A DNA stretch of 64,000 nucleotides from the human T2T-CHM13v2.0 reference genome, Homo sapiens (GCF_009914755.1 NC_060925.1), one strand, 5' to 3'; positions 43,501 to 60,500 are shown, counted from the first letter of the stretch. Notes: a model not told the origin generated them from the letters alone. Made by a program: numbers and translations.

Positions 43501-46500
43501 AATAGAATTATGGAATGAAATCCAGTGTGATCATCATCGAATGGACCCGAATGGAATCATCATCCAACGGAAGCTAATGGAATCAACATCGAATGAATCG
43601 AATGGAAACACCATCGAATTGAAACGAATGGAATTATCATGAAATTGAAATGGATGGACTCATCATCGAATGGATTCGAATGGAATCATCGAATAAAATT
43701 GATTAAAATCATCATCCAATGGAATCGAATGGTATCATTGAATGGAATCGAATGGAATCATCATCAGATGGAAATGAATGGAATCGTCATAGAATGGAAT
43801 CGAATGGATTCATTGAATGGAATCAGATGGAATCATCGAATGGACTGGAATGGAATCATTGAATGGACTCGAAAGGGATCATTATTGAATGGAATTGAAT
43901 GGAATCATCGAATGGTCTCGATTGGAATCATTACCAAATGGAATCGAATGGAATCACCGAATAGAATCGAATGGAACAATCATCGAATGGACTCAAATGG
44001 AATTATCCTCCAATGGAATCGAATGGAATTATCGAATGCAATCGAATGGAATTATCGAATGCAATCGAATAGAATCATCGAATGGACTCGAATGGAATCA
44101 TCGAATGGAATGGAATGGAACAGTCAATGAACTCGAATGGAATCATCATTGAATGGAATCGAATGGAATCATCGAGTGGAATCGAATGGAATTATGATCA
44201 AATGGAATCGAATGTAATCATCATCAAATGGAATCAAAAATAACCATCATCAATTGATATTGAATGGAATTGTCATCAAATGGAATTCAAAGGAATCATC
44301 ATCAAATGGAACCGAATGGAATCCTCATTGAATGGAAATGAAAGGGGTCATCATCTAATGGAATCGCATGGAATCATCATCAAATGGAATCGAATGGAAT
44401 CATCATCAAATGGAATCTAATGGAATCATTGAACAGAATTGAATGGAATCGTCATCGAATGAATTGAATGCAATCATCGAATGGTCTCGAATGGAATCAT
44501 CTTCTAATGGAAAGGAATGGAATCATCGCATAGAATTGAATGGAATTATCATCGAATGGAATCGAATGGTGTCAACACCAAACGGAAAAAAACGGAATTA
44601 TCGAATGGAATCGAAGAGAATCTTCGAACGGACCCGAATGGAATCATCTAATGGAATGGAATGGAATAATCCATGTACTCGAATGCAATCATCATCGAAT
44701 GGAATCGAATGGAATCATCGAATGGACTCGAATGGAATAATCATTGAACGGAATCGAATGGAATCATCATCGGATGGAAACGAATGGAATCATCATCGAA
44801 TGGAAATGAAAGGAGTCATCATCTAATGGAATTGCATGGAATCATCATAAAATGGAATCGAATGGAATCAACATCAAATGGAATCAAATGGAATCATTGA
44901 ACGGAATTGAATGGAATCGTCATCGAATGAATTGAATGCAATCATCGAATGGTCTCGAATGGAATCATCTTCAAATGGAATGGAATGGAATCATCGCATA
45001 GAATCAAATGGAATTATCATCGAATGGAATCGAATGGAATCAACATCAAACGGAAAAAAACGGAATTATCGAATGGAATCGAAGAGAATCATCGAATGGA
45101 CCCGAATGGAATCACCTAATGGAATGGAATGGAATAATCCATGGACTCGAATGCAATCATCATCGAATGGAATCGAATGGAATCATCGAATGGACTCGAA
45201 TGGAATAATCATTGAACGGAATCGAATGGAATCATCATCGGATGGAAATGAATGGAATCATCATCGAATGGAATCGAATAGAATTATGGAATGAAATCCA
45301 GTGTGATCATCATCGAATGGACCCGAATGGAATCATCATCCAACGGAAGCTAATGGAATCAACATCGAATGAATCGAATGGAAACACCATCGAATTGAAA
45401 CGAATGGAATTATCATGAAATTGAAATGGATGGACTCATCATCGAATGGATTCGAATGGAATCATCGAATAAAATTGATTGAAATCATCATCCAATGGAA
45501 TCGAATGGTATCATTGAATGGAATCGAATGGAATCATCATCAGATGGAAATGAATGGAATCGTCATAGAATGGAATCGAATGGATTCATTGAATGGAATC
45601 AGATGGAATCATCGAATGGACTGGAATGGAATCATTGAATGGACTCGAAAGGGATCATGATTGAATGGAATTGAATGGAATCATCGAATGGTCTCGATTG
45701 GAATCATTATCAAATGGAATCGAATGGAATCACCGAATAGAATCGAATGGAACAATCATCGAATGGACTCAAATGGAATTATCCTAAAATGGAATCGAAT
45801 GGAATTATCGAATGCAATCCAATGGAATTATCGAATGCAATCGAATAGAATCATCGAATGGACTCGAATGGAATCATCGAATGGAATGGAATGGAACAGT
45901 CAATGAACTCGAATGGAATCATCATTGAATGGAATCGAATGGAATCATCGAGTGGAATCGAATGGAATTATGATCAAATGGAATCGAATGTAATCATCAT
46001 CAAATGGAATCAAAAATAACCATCATCAATTGGTATTGAATGGAATTGTCATCAAATGGAATTCAAAGGAATCATCATCAAATGGAACCGAATGGAATCC
46101 TCATTGAATGGAAATGAAAGGGGTCATCATCTAATGGAATCGCATGGAATCATCATCAAATGGAATCGAATGGAATCATCATCAAATGGAATCTAATGGA
46201 ATCATTGAACAGAATTGAATGGAATCGTCATCGAATGAATTGAATGCAATCATCGAATGGTCTCGAATGGAATCATCTTCTAATGGAAAGGAATGGAATC
46301 ATCGCATAGAATCGAATGGAATTATCATCGAATGGAATCGAATGGTATCAACAGCAAACGGAAAAAAACGGAGTTATCGAATGGAATCGAAGAGAATCTT
46401 CGAACGGACCCGAATGGAATCATCTAATGGAATGGAATGGAATAATCCATGGACTCGAATGCAATCATCATCGAATGGAATCGAATGGAATCATCGAATG

Positions 46501-48550
46501 GACTCGAATGGAATAATCATTGAACGGAATCGAATGGAATCATCATCGGATGGAAACGAATGGAATCATCATCGAATGGAAATGAAAGGAGTCATCATCT
46601 AATGGAAATGCATGGAATCATCATAAAATGGAATCGAATGGAATCAACATCAAATGGAATCAAATGGAATCATTGAACGGAATTGAATGGAATCGTCATC
46701 GAATGAATTGAATGCAATCATCGAATGGTCTCGAATGGAATCATCTTCTAATGGAAAGGAATGGAATCATCGCATAGAATCGAATGGAATTATCATCGAA
46801 TGGAATCGAATGGTATCAACAGCAAACGGAAAAAAACGGAGTTATCGAATGGAATCGAAGAGAATCTTCGAACGGACCCGAATGGAATCATCTAATGGAA
46901 TGGAATGGAATAATCCATGGACTCGAATGCAATCATCATCGAATGGAATCGAATGGAATCATCGAATGGACTCGAATGGAATAATCATTGAACGGAATCG
47001 AATGGAATCATCATCGGATGGAAATGAATGGAATCATCATCGAATGGAATCGAATAGAATTATGGAATGAAATCCAGTGTGATCATCATCGAATGGACCC
47101 GAATGGAATCATCATCCAACGGAAGCTAATGGAATCAACATCGAATGAATCGAATGGAAACACCATCGAATTGAAACGAATGGAATTATCATGAAATTGA
47201 AATGGATGGACTCATCATCGAATGGATTCGAATGGAATCATCGAATAAAATTGATTGAAATCATCATCGAATGGAATCGAATGGTATCATTGAATGGAAT
47301 CGAATGGAATCATCATCAGATGGAAATGAATGGAATCGTCATAGAATGGAATCGAATGGATTCATTGAATGGAATCAGATGGAATCATCGAATGGACTGG
47401 AATGGAATCATTGAATGGACTCGAAAGGGATCATGATTGAATGGAATTGAATGGAATCATCGAATGGTCTCGATTGGAATCATTATCAAATGGAATCGAA
47501 TGGAATCACCGAATAGAATCGAATGGAACAATCATCGAATGGACTCAAATGGAATTATCCTCAAATGGAATCGAATGGAATTATCGAATGCAATCGAATG
47601 GAATTATCGAATGCAATCGAATAGAATCATCGAAAGGACTCGAATGGAATCATCGAATGGAATGGAATGGGACAGTCAATGAACTCGAATGGAATCATCA
47701 TTGAATGGAATCGAATGGAATCATCGAGTGGAATCGAATGGAATGATGATCAAATGGAATCGAATGTAATCATCATCAAATGGAATCAAAAATAACCATC
47801 ATCAATTGGTATTGAATGGAATTGTCATCAAATGGAATTCAAAGGAATCATCATCAAATGGAACCGAATGGAATCCTCATTGAATGGAAATGAAAGGGGT
47901 CATCATCTAATGGAATCGCATGGAATCATCATCAAATGGAATCGAATGGAATCATCATCAAATGGAATCTAATGGAATCATTGAACAGAATTGAATGGAA
48001 TCGTCATCGAATGAATTGAATGCAATCATCGAATGGTCTCGAATGGAATCATCTTCTAATGGAAAGGAATGGAATCATCGCATAGAATCGAATGGAATTA
48101 TCATCGAATGGAATCGAATGGTATCAACACCAAACGGAAAAAAACGGAATTATCGAATGGAATCGAAGAGAATCTTCGAACGGACCCGAATGGAATCATC
48201 TAATGGAATGGAATGGAATAATCCATGGACTCGAATGCAATCATCATCGAATGGAATCGAATGGAATCATCGAATGGACTCGAATGGAATAATCATTGAA
48301 CGGAATCGAATGGAATCATCATCGGATGGAAATGAATGGAATCATCATCGAATGGAATCGAATAGAATTATGGAATGAAATCCAGTGTGATCATCATCGA
48401 ATGGACCCGAATGGAATCATCATCCAACGGAAGCTAATGGAATCAACATCGAATGAATCGAATGGAAACACCATCGAATTGAAACGAATGGAATTATCAT
48501 GAAATTGAAATGGATGGACTCATCATCGAATGGATTCGAATGGAATCATC
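34600..48550. repeat. 4860-bp higher-order repeat (1776+1776+1308), about 2.9 copies
   Basis: GGTGTCAACACC at ~34848/39708/44568; ACAGCAAACGG...GGAGTT pairs at ~36631/41491/46351; CGAAAGGACT at 37911/42771/47631. All offsets are 4860. Confidence 0.88.
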
Positions 48551-51500
48551 GAATAAAATTGATTGAAATCATCATCCAATGGAATCGAATGGTATCATTG
48601 AATGGAATCGAATGGAATCATCATCAGATGGAAATGAATGGAATCGTCATAGAATGGAATCGAATGGATTCATTGAATGGAATCAGATGGAATCATCGAA
48701 TGGACTGGAATGGAATCATTGAATGGACTCGAAAGGGATCATGATTGAATGGAATTGAATGGAATCATCGAATGGTCTCGATTGGAATCATTATCAAATG
48801 GAATCGAATGGAATCACCGAATAGAATCGAATGGAACAATCATCGAATGGACTCAAATGGAATTATCCTAAAATGGAATCGAATGGAATTATCGAATGCA
48901 ATCCAATGGAATTATCGAATGCAATCGAATAGAATCATCGAATGGACTCGAATGGAATCATCGAATGGAATGGAATGGAACAGTCAATGAACTCGAATGG
49001 AATCATCATTGAATGGAATCGAATGGAATCATCGAGTGGAATCGAATGGAATTATGATCAAATGGAATCGAATGTAATCATCATCAAATGGAATCAAAAA
49101 TAACCATCATCAATTGGTATTGAATGGAATTGTCATCAAATGGAATTCAAAGGAATCATCATCAAATGGAACCGAATGGAATCCTCATTGAATGGAAATG
49201 AAAGGGGTCATCATCTAATGGAATCGCATGGAATCATCATCAAATGGAATCGAATGGAATCATCATCAAATGGAATCTAATGGAATCATTGAACAGAATT
49301 GAATGGAATCGTCATCGAATGAATTGAATGCAATCATCGAATGGTCTCGAATGGAATCATCTTCTAATGGAAAGGAATGGAATCATCGCATAGAATCGAA
49401 TGGAATTATCATCGAATGGAATCGAATGGTATCAACAGCAAACGGAAAAAAACGGAGTTATCGAATGGAATCGAAGAGAATCTTCGAACGGACCCGAATG
49501 GAATCATCTAATGGAATGGAATGGAATAATCCATGGACTCGAATGCAATCATCATCGAATGGAATCGAATGGAATCATCGAATGGACTCGAATGGAATAA
49601 TCATTGAACGGAATCGAATGGAATCATCATCGGATGGAAACGAATGGAATCATCATCGAATGGAAATGAAAGGAGTCATCATCTAATGGAAATGCATGGA
49701 ATCATCATAAAATGGAATCGAATGGAATCAACATCAAATGGAATCAAATGGAATCATTGAACGGAATTGAATGGAATCGTCATCGAATGAATTGAATGCA
49801 ATCATCGAATGGTCTCGAATGGAATCATCTTCTAATGGAAAGGAATGGAATCATCGCATAGAATCGAATGGAATTATCATCGAATGGAATCGAATGGTAT
49901 CAACAGCAAACGGAAAAAAACGGAGTTATCGAATGGAATCGAAGAGAATCTTCGAACGGACCCGAATGGAATCATCTAATGGAATGGAATGGAATAATCC
50001 ATGGACTCGAATGCAATCATCATCGAATGGAATCGAATGGAATCATCGAATGGACTCGAATGGAATAATCATTGAACGGAATCGAATGGAATCATCATCG
50101 GATGGAAATGAATGGAATCATCATCGAATGGAATCGAATAGAATTATGGAATGAAATCCAGTGTGATCATCATCGAATGGACCCGAATGGAATCATCATC
50201 CAACGGAAGCTAATGGAATCAACATCGAATGAATCGAATGGAAACACCATCGAATTGAAACGAATGGAATTATCATGAAATTGAAATGGATGGACTCATC
50301 ATCGAATGGATTCGAATGGAATCATCGAATAAAATTGATTGAAATCATCATCGAATGGAATCGAATGGTATCATTGAATGGAATCGAATGGAATCATCAT
50401 CAGATGGAAATGAATGGAATCGTCATAGAATGGAATCGAATGGATTCATTGAATGGAATCAGATGGAATCATCGAATGGACTGGAATGGAATCATTGAAT
50501 GGACTCGAAAGGGATCATGATTGAATGGAATTGAATGGAATCATCGAATGGTCTCGATTGGAATCATTATCAAATGGAATCGAATGGAATCACCGAATAG
50601 AATCGAATGGAACAATCATCGAATGGACTCAAATGGAATTATCCTCAAATGGAATCGAATGGAATTATCGAATGCAATCGAATGGAATTATCGAATGCAA
50701 TCGAATAGAATCATCGAAAGGACTCGAATGGAATCATCGAATGGAATGGAATGGGACAGTCAATGAACTCGAATGGAATCATCATTGAATGGAATCGAAT
50801 GGAATCATCGAGTGGAATCGAATGGAATGATGATCAAATGGAATCGAATGTAATCATCATCAAATGGAATCAAAAATAACCATCATCAATTGGTATTGAA
50901 TGGAATTGTCATCAAATGGAATTCAAAGGAATCATCATCAAATGGAACCGAATGGAATCCTCATTGAATGGAAATGAAAGGGGTCATCATCTAATGGAAT
51001 CGCATGGAATCATCATCAAATGGAATCGAATGGAATCATCATCAAATGGAATCTAATGGAATCATTGAACAGAATTGAATGGAATCGTCATCGAATGAAT
51101 TGAATGCAATCATCGAATGGTCTCGAATGGAATCATCTTCTAATGGAAAGGAATGGAATCATCGCATAGAATCGAATGGAATTATCATCGAATGGAATCG
51201 AATGGTATCAACACCAAACGGAAAAAAACGGAATTATCGAATGGAATCGAAGAGAATCTTCGAACGGACCCGAATGGAATCATCTAATGGAATGGAATGG
51301 AATAATCCATGGACTCGAATGCAATCATCATCGAATGGAATCGAATGGAATCATCGAATGGACTCGAATGGAATAATCATTGAACGGAATCGAATGGAAT
51401 CATCATCGGATGGAAATGAATGGAATCATCATCGAATGGAATCGAATAGAATTATGGAATGAAATCCAGTGTGATCATCATCGAATGGACCCGAATGGAA

Positions 51501-51582
51501 TCATCATCCAACGGAAGCTAATGGAATCAACATCGAATGAATCGAATGGAAACACCATCGAATTGAAACGAATGGAATTATC
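45415..51582. repeat. 3084-bp tandem duplication (1776+1308; U27-28 = U29-30)
   Basis: ATCCTAAAAT at 45781/48865, GGAAATGCATGG at ~46604/49688, TGGGACAGTC at ~47668/50752, GAATGATGAT at ~47741/50825. Confidence 0.87.
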
Positions 51583-54500
51583 ATGAAATTGAAATGGATG
51601 GACTCATCATCGAATGGATTCGAATGGAATCATCGAATAAAATTGATTAAAATCATCATCGAATGGAATCGAATGGTATCATTGAATGGAATCGAATGGA
51701 ATCATCATCAGATGGAAATGAATGGAATCGTCATAGAATGGAATCGAATGGATTCATTGAATGGAATCAGATGGAATCATCGAATGGACTGGAATGGAAT
51801 CATTGAATGGACTCGAAAGGGATCATTATTGAATGGAATTGAATGGAATCATCGAATGGTCTCGATTGGAATCATTATCAAATGGAATCGAATGGAATCA
51901 CCGAATAGAATCGAATGGAACAATCATCGAATGGACTCAAATGGAATTATCCTCAAATGGAATCGAATGGAATTATCGAATGCAATCGAATGGAATTATC
52001 GAATGCAATCGAATAGAATCATCGAAAGGACTCGAATGGAATCATCGAATGGAATGGAATGGAACAGTCAATGAACTCGAATGGAATCATCATTGAATGG
52101 AATCGAATGGAATCATCGAGTGGAATCGAATGGAATTATGATCAAATGGAATCGAATGTAATCATCATCAAATGGAATCAAAAATAACCATCATCAATTG
52201 GTATTGAATGGAATTGTCATCAAATGGAATTCAAAGGAATCATCATCAAATGGAACCGAATGGAATCCTCATTGAATGGAAATGAAAGGGGTCATCATCT
52301 AATGGAATCGCATGGAATCATCATCAAATGGAATCGAATGGAATCATCATCAAATGGAATCTAATGGAATCATTGAACAGAATTGAATGGAATCGTCATC
52401 GAATGAATTGAATGCAATCATCGAATGGTCTCGAATGGAATCATCTTCTAATGGAAAGGAATGGAATCATCGCATAGAATCGAATGGAATTATCATCGAA
52501 TGGAATCGAATGGTATCAACACCAAACGGAAAAAAACGGAATTATCGAATGGAATCGAAGAGAATCTTCGAACGGACCCGAATGGAATCATCTAATGGAA
52601 TGGAATGGAATAATCCATGGACTCGAATGCAATCATCATCGAATGGAATCGAATGGAATCATCGAATGGACTCGAATGGAATAATCATTGAACGGAATCG
52701 AATGGAATCATCATCGGATGGAAATGAATGGAATCATCATCGAATGGAATCGAATAGAATTATGGAATGAAATCCAGTGTGATCATCATCGAATGGACCC
52801 GAATGGAATCATCATCCAACGGAAGCTAATGGAATCAACATCGAATGAATCGAATGGAAACACCATCGAATTGAAACGAATGGAATTATCATGAAATTGA
52901 AATGGATGGACTCATCATCGAATGGATTCGAATGGAATCATCGAATAAAATTGATTAAAATCATCATCCAATGGAATCGAATGGTATCATTGAATGGAAT
53001 CGAATGGAATCATCATCAGATGGAAATGAATGGAATCGTCATAGAATGGAATCGAATGGATTCATTGAATGGAATCAGATGGAATCATCGAATGGACTGG
53101 AATGGAATCATTGAATGGACTCGAAAGGGATCATTATTGAATGGAATTGAATGGAATCATCGAATGGTCTCGATTGGAATCATTACCAAATGGAATCGAA
53201 TGGAATCACCGAATAGAATCGAATGGAACAATCATCGAATGGACTCAAATGGAATTATCCTCCAATGGAATCGAATGGAATTATCGAATGCAATCGAATG
53301 GAATTATCGAATGCAATCGAATAGAATCATCGAATGGACTCGAATGGAATCATCGAATGGAATGGAATGGAACAGTCAATGAACTCGAATGGAATCATCA
53401 TTGAATGGAATCGAATGGAATCATCGAGTGGAATCGAATGGAATTATGATCAAATGGAATCGAATGTAATCATCATCAAATGGAATCAAAAATAACCATC
53501 ATCAATTGGTATTGAATGGAATTGTCATCAAATGGAATTCAAAGGAATCATCATCAAATGGAACCGAATGGAATCCTCATTGAATGGAAATGAAAGGGGT
53601 CATCATCTAATGGAATCGCATGGAATCATCATCAAATGGAATCGAATGGAATCATCATCAAATGGAATCTAATGGAATCATTGAACAGAATTGAATGGAA
53701 TCGTCATCGAATGAATTGAATGCAATCATCGAATGGTCTCGAATGGAATCATCTTCTAATGGAAAGGAATGGAATCATCGCATAGAATTGAATGGAATTA
53801 TCATCGAATGGAATCGAAAGGTGTCAACACCAAACGGAAAAAAACGGAATTATCGAATGGAATCGAAGAGAATCTTCGAACGGACCCGAATGGAATCATC
53901 TAATGGAATGGAATGGAATAATCCATGTACTCGAATGCAATCATCATCGAATGGAATCGAATGGAATCATCGAATGGACTCGAATGGAATAATCATTGAA
54001 CGGAATCGAATGGAATCATCATCGGATGGAAACGAATGGAATCATCATCGAATGGAAATGAAAGGAGTCATCATCTAATGGAATTGCATGGAATCATCAT
54101 AAAATGGAATCGAATGGAATCAACATCAAATGGAATCAAATGGAATCATTGAACGGAATTGAATGGAATCGTCATCGAATGAATTGAATGCAATCATCGA
54201 ATGGTCTCGAATGGAATCATCTTCAAATGGAATGGAATGGAATCATCGCATAGAATCAAATGGAATTATCATCGAATGGAATCGAATGGAATCAACATCA
54301 AACGGAAAAAAACGGAATTATCGAATGGAATCGAAGAGAATCATCGAATGGACCCGAATGGAATCACCTAATGGAATGGAATGGAATAATCCATGGACTC
54401 GAATGCAATCATCATCGAATGGAATCGAATGGAATCATCGAATGGACTCGAATGGAATAATCATTGAACGGAATCGAATGGAATCATCATCGGATGGAAA

Positions 54501-57500
54501 TGAATGGAATCATCATCGAATGGAATCGAATAGAATTATGGAATGAAATCCAGTGTGATCATCATCGAATGGACCCGAATGGAATCATCATCCAACGGAA
54601 GCTAATGGAATCAACATCGAATGAATCGAATGGAAACACCATCGAATTGAAACGAATGGAATTATCATGAAATTGAAATGGATGGACTCATCATCGAATG
54701 GATTCGAATGGAATCATCGAATAAAATTGATTGAAATCATCATCCAATGGAATCGAATGGTATCATTGAATGGAATCGAATGGAATCATCATCAGATGGA
54801 AATGAATGGAATCGTCATAGAATGGAATCGAATGGATTCATTGAATGGAATCAGATGGAATCATCGAATGGACTGGAATGGAATCATTGAATGGACTCGA
54901 AAGGGATCATGATTGAATGGAATTGAATGGAATCATCGAATGGTCTCGATTGGAATCATTATCAAATGGAATCGAATGGAATCACCGAATAGAATCGAAT
55001 GGAACAATCATCGAATGGACTCAAATGGAATTATCCTCAAATGGAATCGAATGGAATTATCGAATGCAATCCAATGGAATTATCGAATGCAATCGAATAG
55101 AATCATCGAATGGACTCGAATGGAATCATCGAATGGAATGGAATGGAACAGTCAATGAACTCGAATGGAATCATCATTGAATGGAATCGAATGGAATCAT
55201 CGAGTGGAATCGAATGGAATTATGATCAAATGGAATCGAATGTAATCATCATCAAATGGAATCAAAAATAACCATCATCAATTGGTATTGAATGGAATTG
55301 TCATCAAATGGAATTCAAAGGAATCATCATCAAATGGAACCGAATGGAATCCTCATTGAATGGAAATGAAAGGGGTCATCATCTAATGGAATCGCATGGA
55401 ATCATCATCAAATGGAATCGAATGGAATCATCATCAAATGGAATCTAATGGAATCATTGAACAGAATTGAATGGAATCGTCATCGAATGAATTGAATGCA
55501 ATCATCGAATGGTCTCGAATGGAATCATCTTCTAATGGAAAGGAATGGAATCATCGCATAGAATCGAATGGAATTATCATCGAATGGAATCGAATGGAAT
55601 CAACATCAAACGGAAAAAAACGGAATTATCGAATGGAATCGAAGAGAATCATCGAATGGACCCGAATGGAATCATCTAATGGAATGGAATGGAATAATCC
55701 ATGGACTCGAATGCAATCATCATCGAATGGAATCGAATGGAATCATCGAATGGACTCGAATGGAATAATCATTGAACGGAATCGAATGGAATCATCATCG
55801 GATGGAAATGAATGGAATCATCATGGAATGGAATCGAATAGAATTATGGAATGAAATCCAGTGTGATCATCATCGAATGGACCCGAATGGAATCATCATC
55901 CAACGGAAGCTAATGGAATCAACATCGAATGAATCGAATGGAAACACCATCGAATTGAAACGAATGGAATTATCATGAAATTGAAATGGATGGACTCATC
56001 ATCGAATGGATTCGAATGGAATCATCGAATAAAATTGATTGAAATCATCATCGAATGGAATCGAATGGTATCATTGAATGGAATCGAATGGAATCATCAT
56101 CAGATGGAAATGAATGGAATCGTCATAGAATGGAATCGAATGGATTCATTGAATGGAATCAGATGGAATCATCGAATGGACTGGAATGGAATCATTGAAT
56201 GGACTCGAAAGGGATCATGATTGAATGGAATTGAATGGAATCATCGAATGGTCTCGATTGGAATCATTATCAAATGGAATCGAATGGAATCACCGAATAG
56301 AATCGAATGGAACAATCATCGAATGGACTCAAATGGAATTATCCTCAAATGGAATCGAATGGAATTATCGAATGCAATCGAATGGAATTATCGAATGCAA
56401 TCGAATAGAATCATCGAAAGGACTCGAATGGAATCATCGAATGGAATGGAATGGGACAGTCAATGAACTCGAATGGAATCATCATTGAATGGAATCGAAT
56501 GGAATCATCGAGTGGAATCGAATGGAATGATGATCAAATGGAATCGAATGTAATCATCATCAAATGGAATCAAAAATAACCATCATCAATTGGTATTGAA
56601 TGGAATTGTCATCAAATGGAATTCAAAGGAATCATCATCAAATGGAACCGAATGGAATCCTCATTGAATGGAAATGAAAGGGGTCATCATCTAATGGAAT
56701 CGCATGGAATCATCATCAAATGGAATCGAATGGAATCATCATCAAATGGAATCTAATGGAATCATTGAACAGAATTGAATGGAATCGTCATCGAATGAAT
56801 TGAATGCAATCATCGAATGGTCTCGAATGGAATCATCTTCTAATGGAAAGGAATGGAATCATCGCATAGAATCGAATGGAATTATCATCGAATGGAATCG
56901 AATGGTATCAACACCAAACGGAAAAAAACGGAATTATCGAATGGAATCGAAGAGAATCTTCGAACGGACCCGAATGGAATCATCTAATGGAATGGAATGG
57001 AATAATCCATGGACTCGAATGCAATCATCATCGAATGGAATCGAATGGAATCATCGAATGGACTCGAATGGAATAATCATTGAACGGAATCGAATGGAAT
57101 CATCATCGGATGGAAATGAATGGAATCATCATCGAATGGAATCGAATAGAATTATGGAATGAAATCCAGTGTGATCATCATCGAATGGACCCGAATGGAA
57201 TCATCATCCAACGGAAGCTAATGGAATCAACATCGAATGAATCGAATGGAAACACCATCGAATTGAAACGAATGGAATTATCATGAAATTGAAATGGATG
57301 GACTCATCATCGAATGGATTCGAATGGAATCATCGAATAAAATTGATTAAAATCATCATCGAATGGAATCGAATGGTATCATTGAATGGAATCGAATGGA
57401 ATCATCATCAGATGGAAATGAATGGAATCGTCATAGAATGGAATCGAATGGATTCATTGAATGGAATCAGATGGAATCATCGAATGGACTGGAATGGAAT

Positions 57501-60500
57501 CATTGAATGGACTCGAAAGGGATCATTATTGAATGGAATTGAATGGAATCATCGAATGGTCTCGATTGGAATCATTATCAAATGGAATCGAATGGAATCA
57601 CCGAATAGAATCGAATGGAACAATCATCGAATGGACTCAAATGGAATTATCCTCAAATGGAATCGAATGGAATTATCGAATGCAATCGAATGGAATTATC
57701 GAATGCAATCGAATAGAATCATCGAAAGGACTCGAATGGAATCATCGAATGGAATGGAATGGAACAGTCAATGAACTCGAATGGAATCATCATTGAATGG
57801 AATCGAATGGAATCATCGAGTGGAATCGAATGGAATTATGATCAAATGGAATCGAATGTAATCATCATCAAATGGAATCAAAAATAACCATCATCAATTG
57901 GTATTGAATGGAATTGTCATCAAATGGAATTCAAAGGAATCATCATCAAATGGAACCGAATGGAATCCTCATTGAATGGAAATGAAAGGGGTCATCATCT
58001 AATGGAATCGCATGGAATCATCATCAAATGGAATCGAATGGAATCATCATCAAATGGAATCTAATGGAATCATTGAACAGAATTGAATGGAATCGTCATC
58101 GAATGAATTGAATGCAATCATCGAATGGTCTCGAATGGAATCATCTTCTAATGGAAAGGAATGGAATCATCGCATAGAATCGAATGGAATTATCATCGAA
58201 TGGAATCGAATGGTATCAACACCAAACGGAAAAAAACGGAATTATCGAATGGAATCGAAGAGAATCTTCGAACGGACCCGAATGGAATCATCTAATGGAA
58301 TGGAATGGAATAATCCATGGACTCGAATGCAATCATCATCGAATGGAATCGAATGGAATCATCGAATGGACTCGAATGGAATAATCATTGAACGGAATCG
58401 AATGGAATCATCATCGGATGGAAATGAATGGAATCATCATCGAATGGAATCGAATAGAATTATGGAATGAAATCCAGTGTGATCATCATCGAATGGACCC
58501 GAATGGAATCATCATCCAACGGAAGCTAATGGAATCAACATCGAATGAATCGAATGGAAACACCATCGAATTGAAACGAATGGAATTATCATGAAATTGA
58601 AATGGATGGACTCATCATCGAATGGATTCGAATGGAATCATCGAATAAAATTGATTAAAATCATCATCCAATGGAATCGAATGGTATCATTGAATGGAAT
58701 CGAATGGAATCATCATCAGATGGAAATGAATGGAATCGTCATAGAATGGAATCGAATGGATTCATTGAATGGAATCAGATGGAATCATCGAATGGACTGG
58801 AATGGAATCATTGAATGGACTCGAAAGGGATCATTATTGAATGGAATTGAATGGAATCATCGAATGGTCTCGATTGGAATCATTACCAAATGGAATCGAA
58901 TGGAATCACCGAATAGAATCGAATGGAACAATCATCGAATGGACTCAAATGGAATTATCCTCCAATGGAATCGAATGGAATTATCGAATGCAATCGAATG
59001 GAATTATCGAATGCAATCGAATAGAATCATCGAATGGACTCGAATGGAATCATCGAATGGAATGGAATGGAACAGTCAATGAACTCGAATGGAATCATCA
59101 TTGAATGGAATCGAATGGAATCATCGAGTGGAATCGAATGGAATTATGATCAAATGGAATCGAATGTAATCATCATCAAATGGAATCAAAAATAACCATC
59201 ATCAATTGGTATTGAATGGAATTGTCATCAAATGGAATTCAAAGGAATCATCATCAAATGGAACCGAATGGAATCCTCATTGAATGGAAATGAAAGGGGT
59301 CATCATCTAATGGAATCGCATGGAATCATCATCAAATGGAATCGAATGGAATCATCATCAAATGGAATCTAATGGAATCATTGAACAGAATTGAATGGAA
59401 TCGTCATCGAATGAATTGAATGCAATCATCGAATGGTCTCGAATGGAATCATCTTCTAATGGAAAGGAATGGAATCATCGCATAGAATTGAATGGAATTA
59501 TCATCGAATGGAATCGAATGGTGTCAACACCAAACGGAAAAAAACGGAATTATCGAATGGAATCGAAGAGAATCTTCGAACGGACCCGAATGGAATCATC
59601 TAATGGAATGGAATGGAATAATCCATGTACTCGAATGCAATCATCATCGAATGGAATCGAATGGAATCATCGAATGGACTCGAATGGAATAATCATTGAA
59701 CGGAATCGAATGGAATCATCATCGGATGGAAACGAATGGAATCATCATCGAATGGAAATGAAAGGAGTCATCATCTAATGGAATTGCATGGAATCATCAT
59801 AAAATGGAATCGAATGGAATCAACATCAAATGGAATCAAATGGAATCATTGAACGGAATTGAATGGAATCGTCATCGAATGAATTGAATGCAATCATCGA
59901 ATGGTCTCGAATGGAATCATCTTCAAATGGAATGGAATGGAATCATCGCATAGAATCAAATGGAATTATCATCGAATGGAATCGAATGGAATCAACATCA
60001 AACGGAAAAAAACGGAATTATCGAATGGAATCGAAGAGAATCATCGAATGGACCCGAATGGAATCACCTAATGGAATGGAATGGAATAATCCATGGACTC
60101 GAATGCAATCATCATCGAATGGAATCGAATGGAATCATCGAATGGACTCGAATGGAATAATCATTGAACGGAATCGAATGGAATCATCATCGGATGGAAA
60201 TGAATGGAATCATCATCGAATGGAATCGAATAGAATTATGGAATGAAATCCAGTGTGATCATCATCGAATGGACCCGAATGGAATCATCATCCAACGGAA
60301 GCTAATGGAATCAACATCGAATGAATCGAATGGAAACACCATCGAATTGAAACGAATGGAATTATCATGAAATTGAAATGGATGGACTCATCATCGAATG
60401 GATTCGAATGGAATCATCGAATAAAATTGATTGAAATCATCATCCAATGGAATCGAATGGTATCATTGAATGGAATCGAATGGAATCATCATCAGATGGA

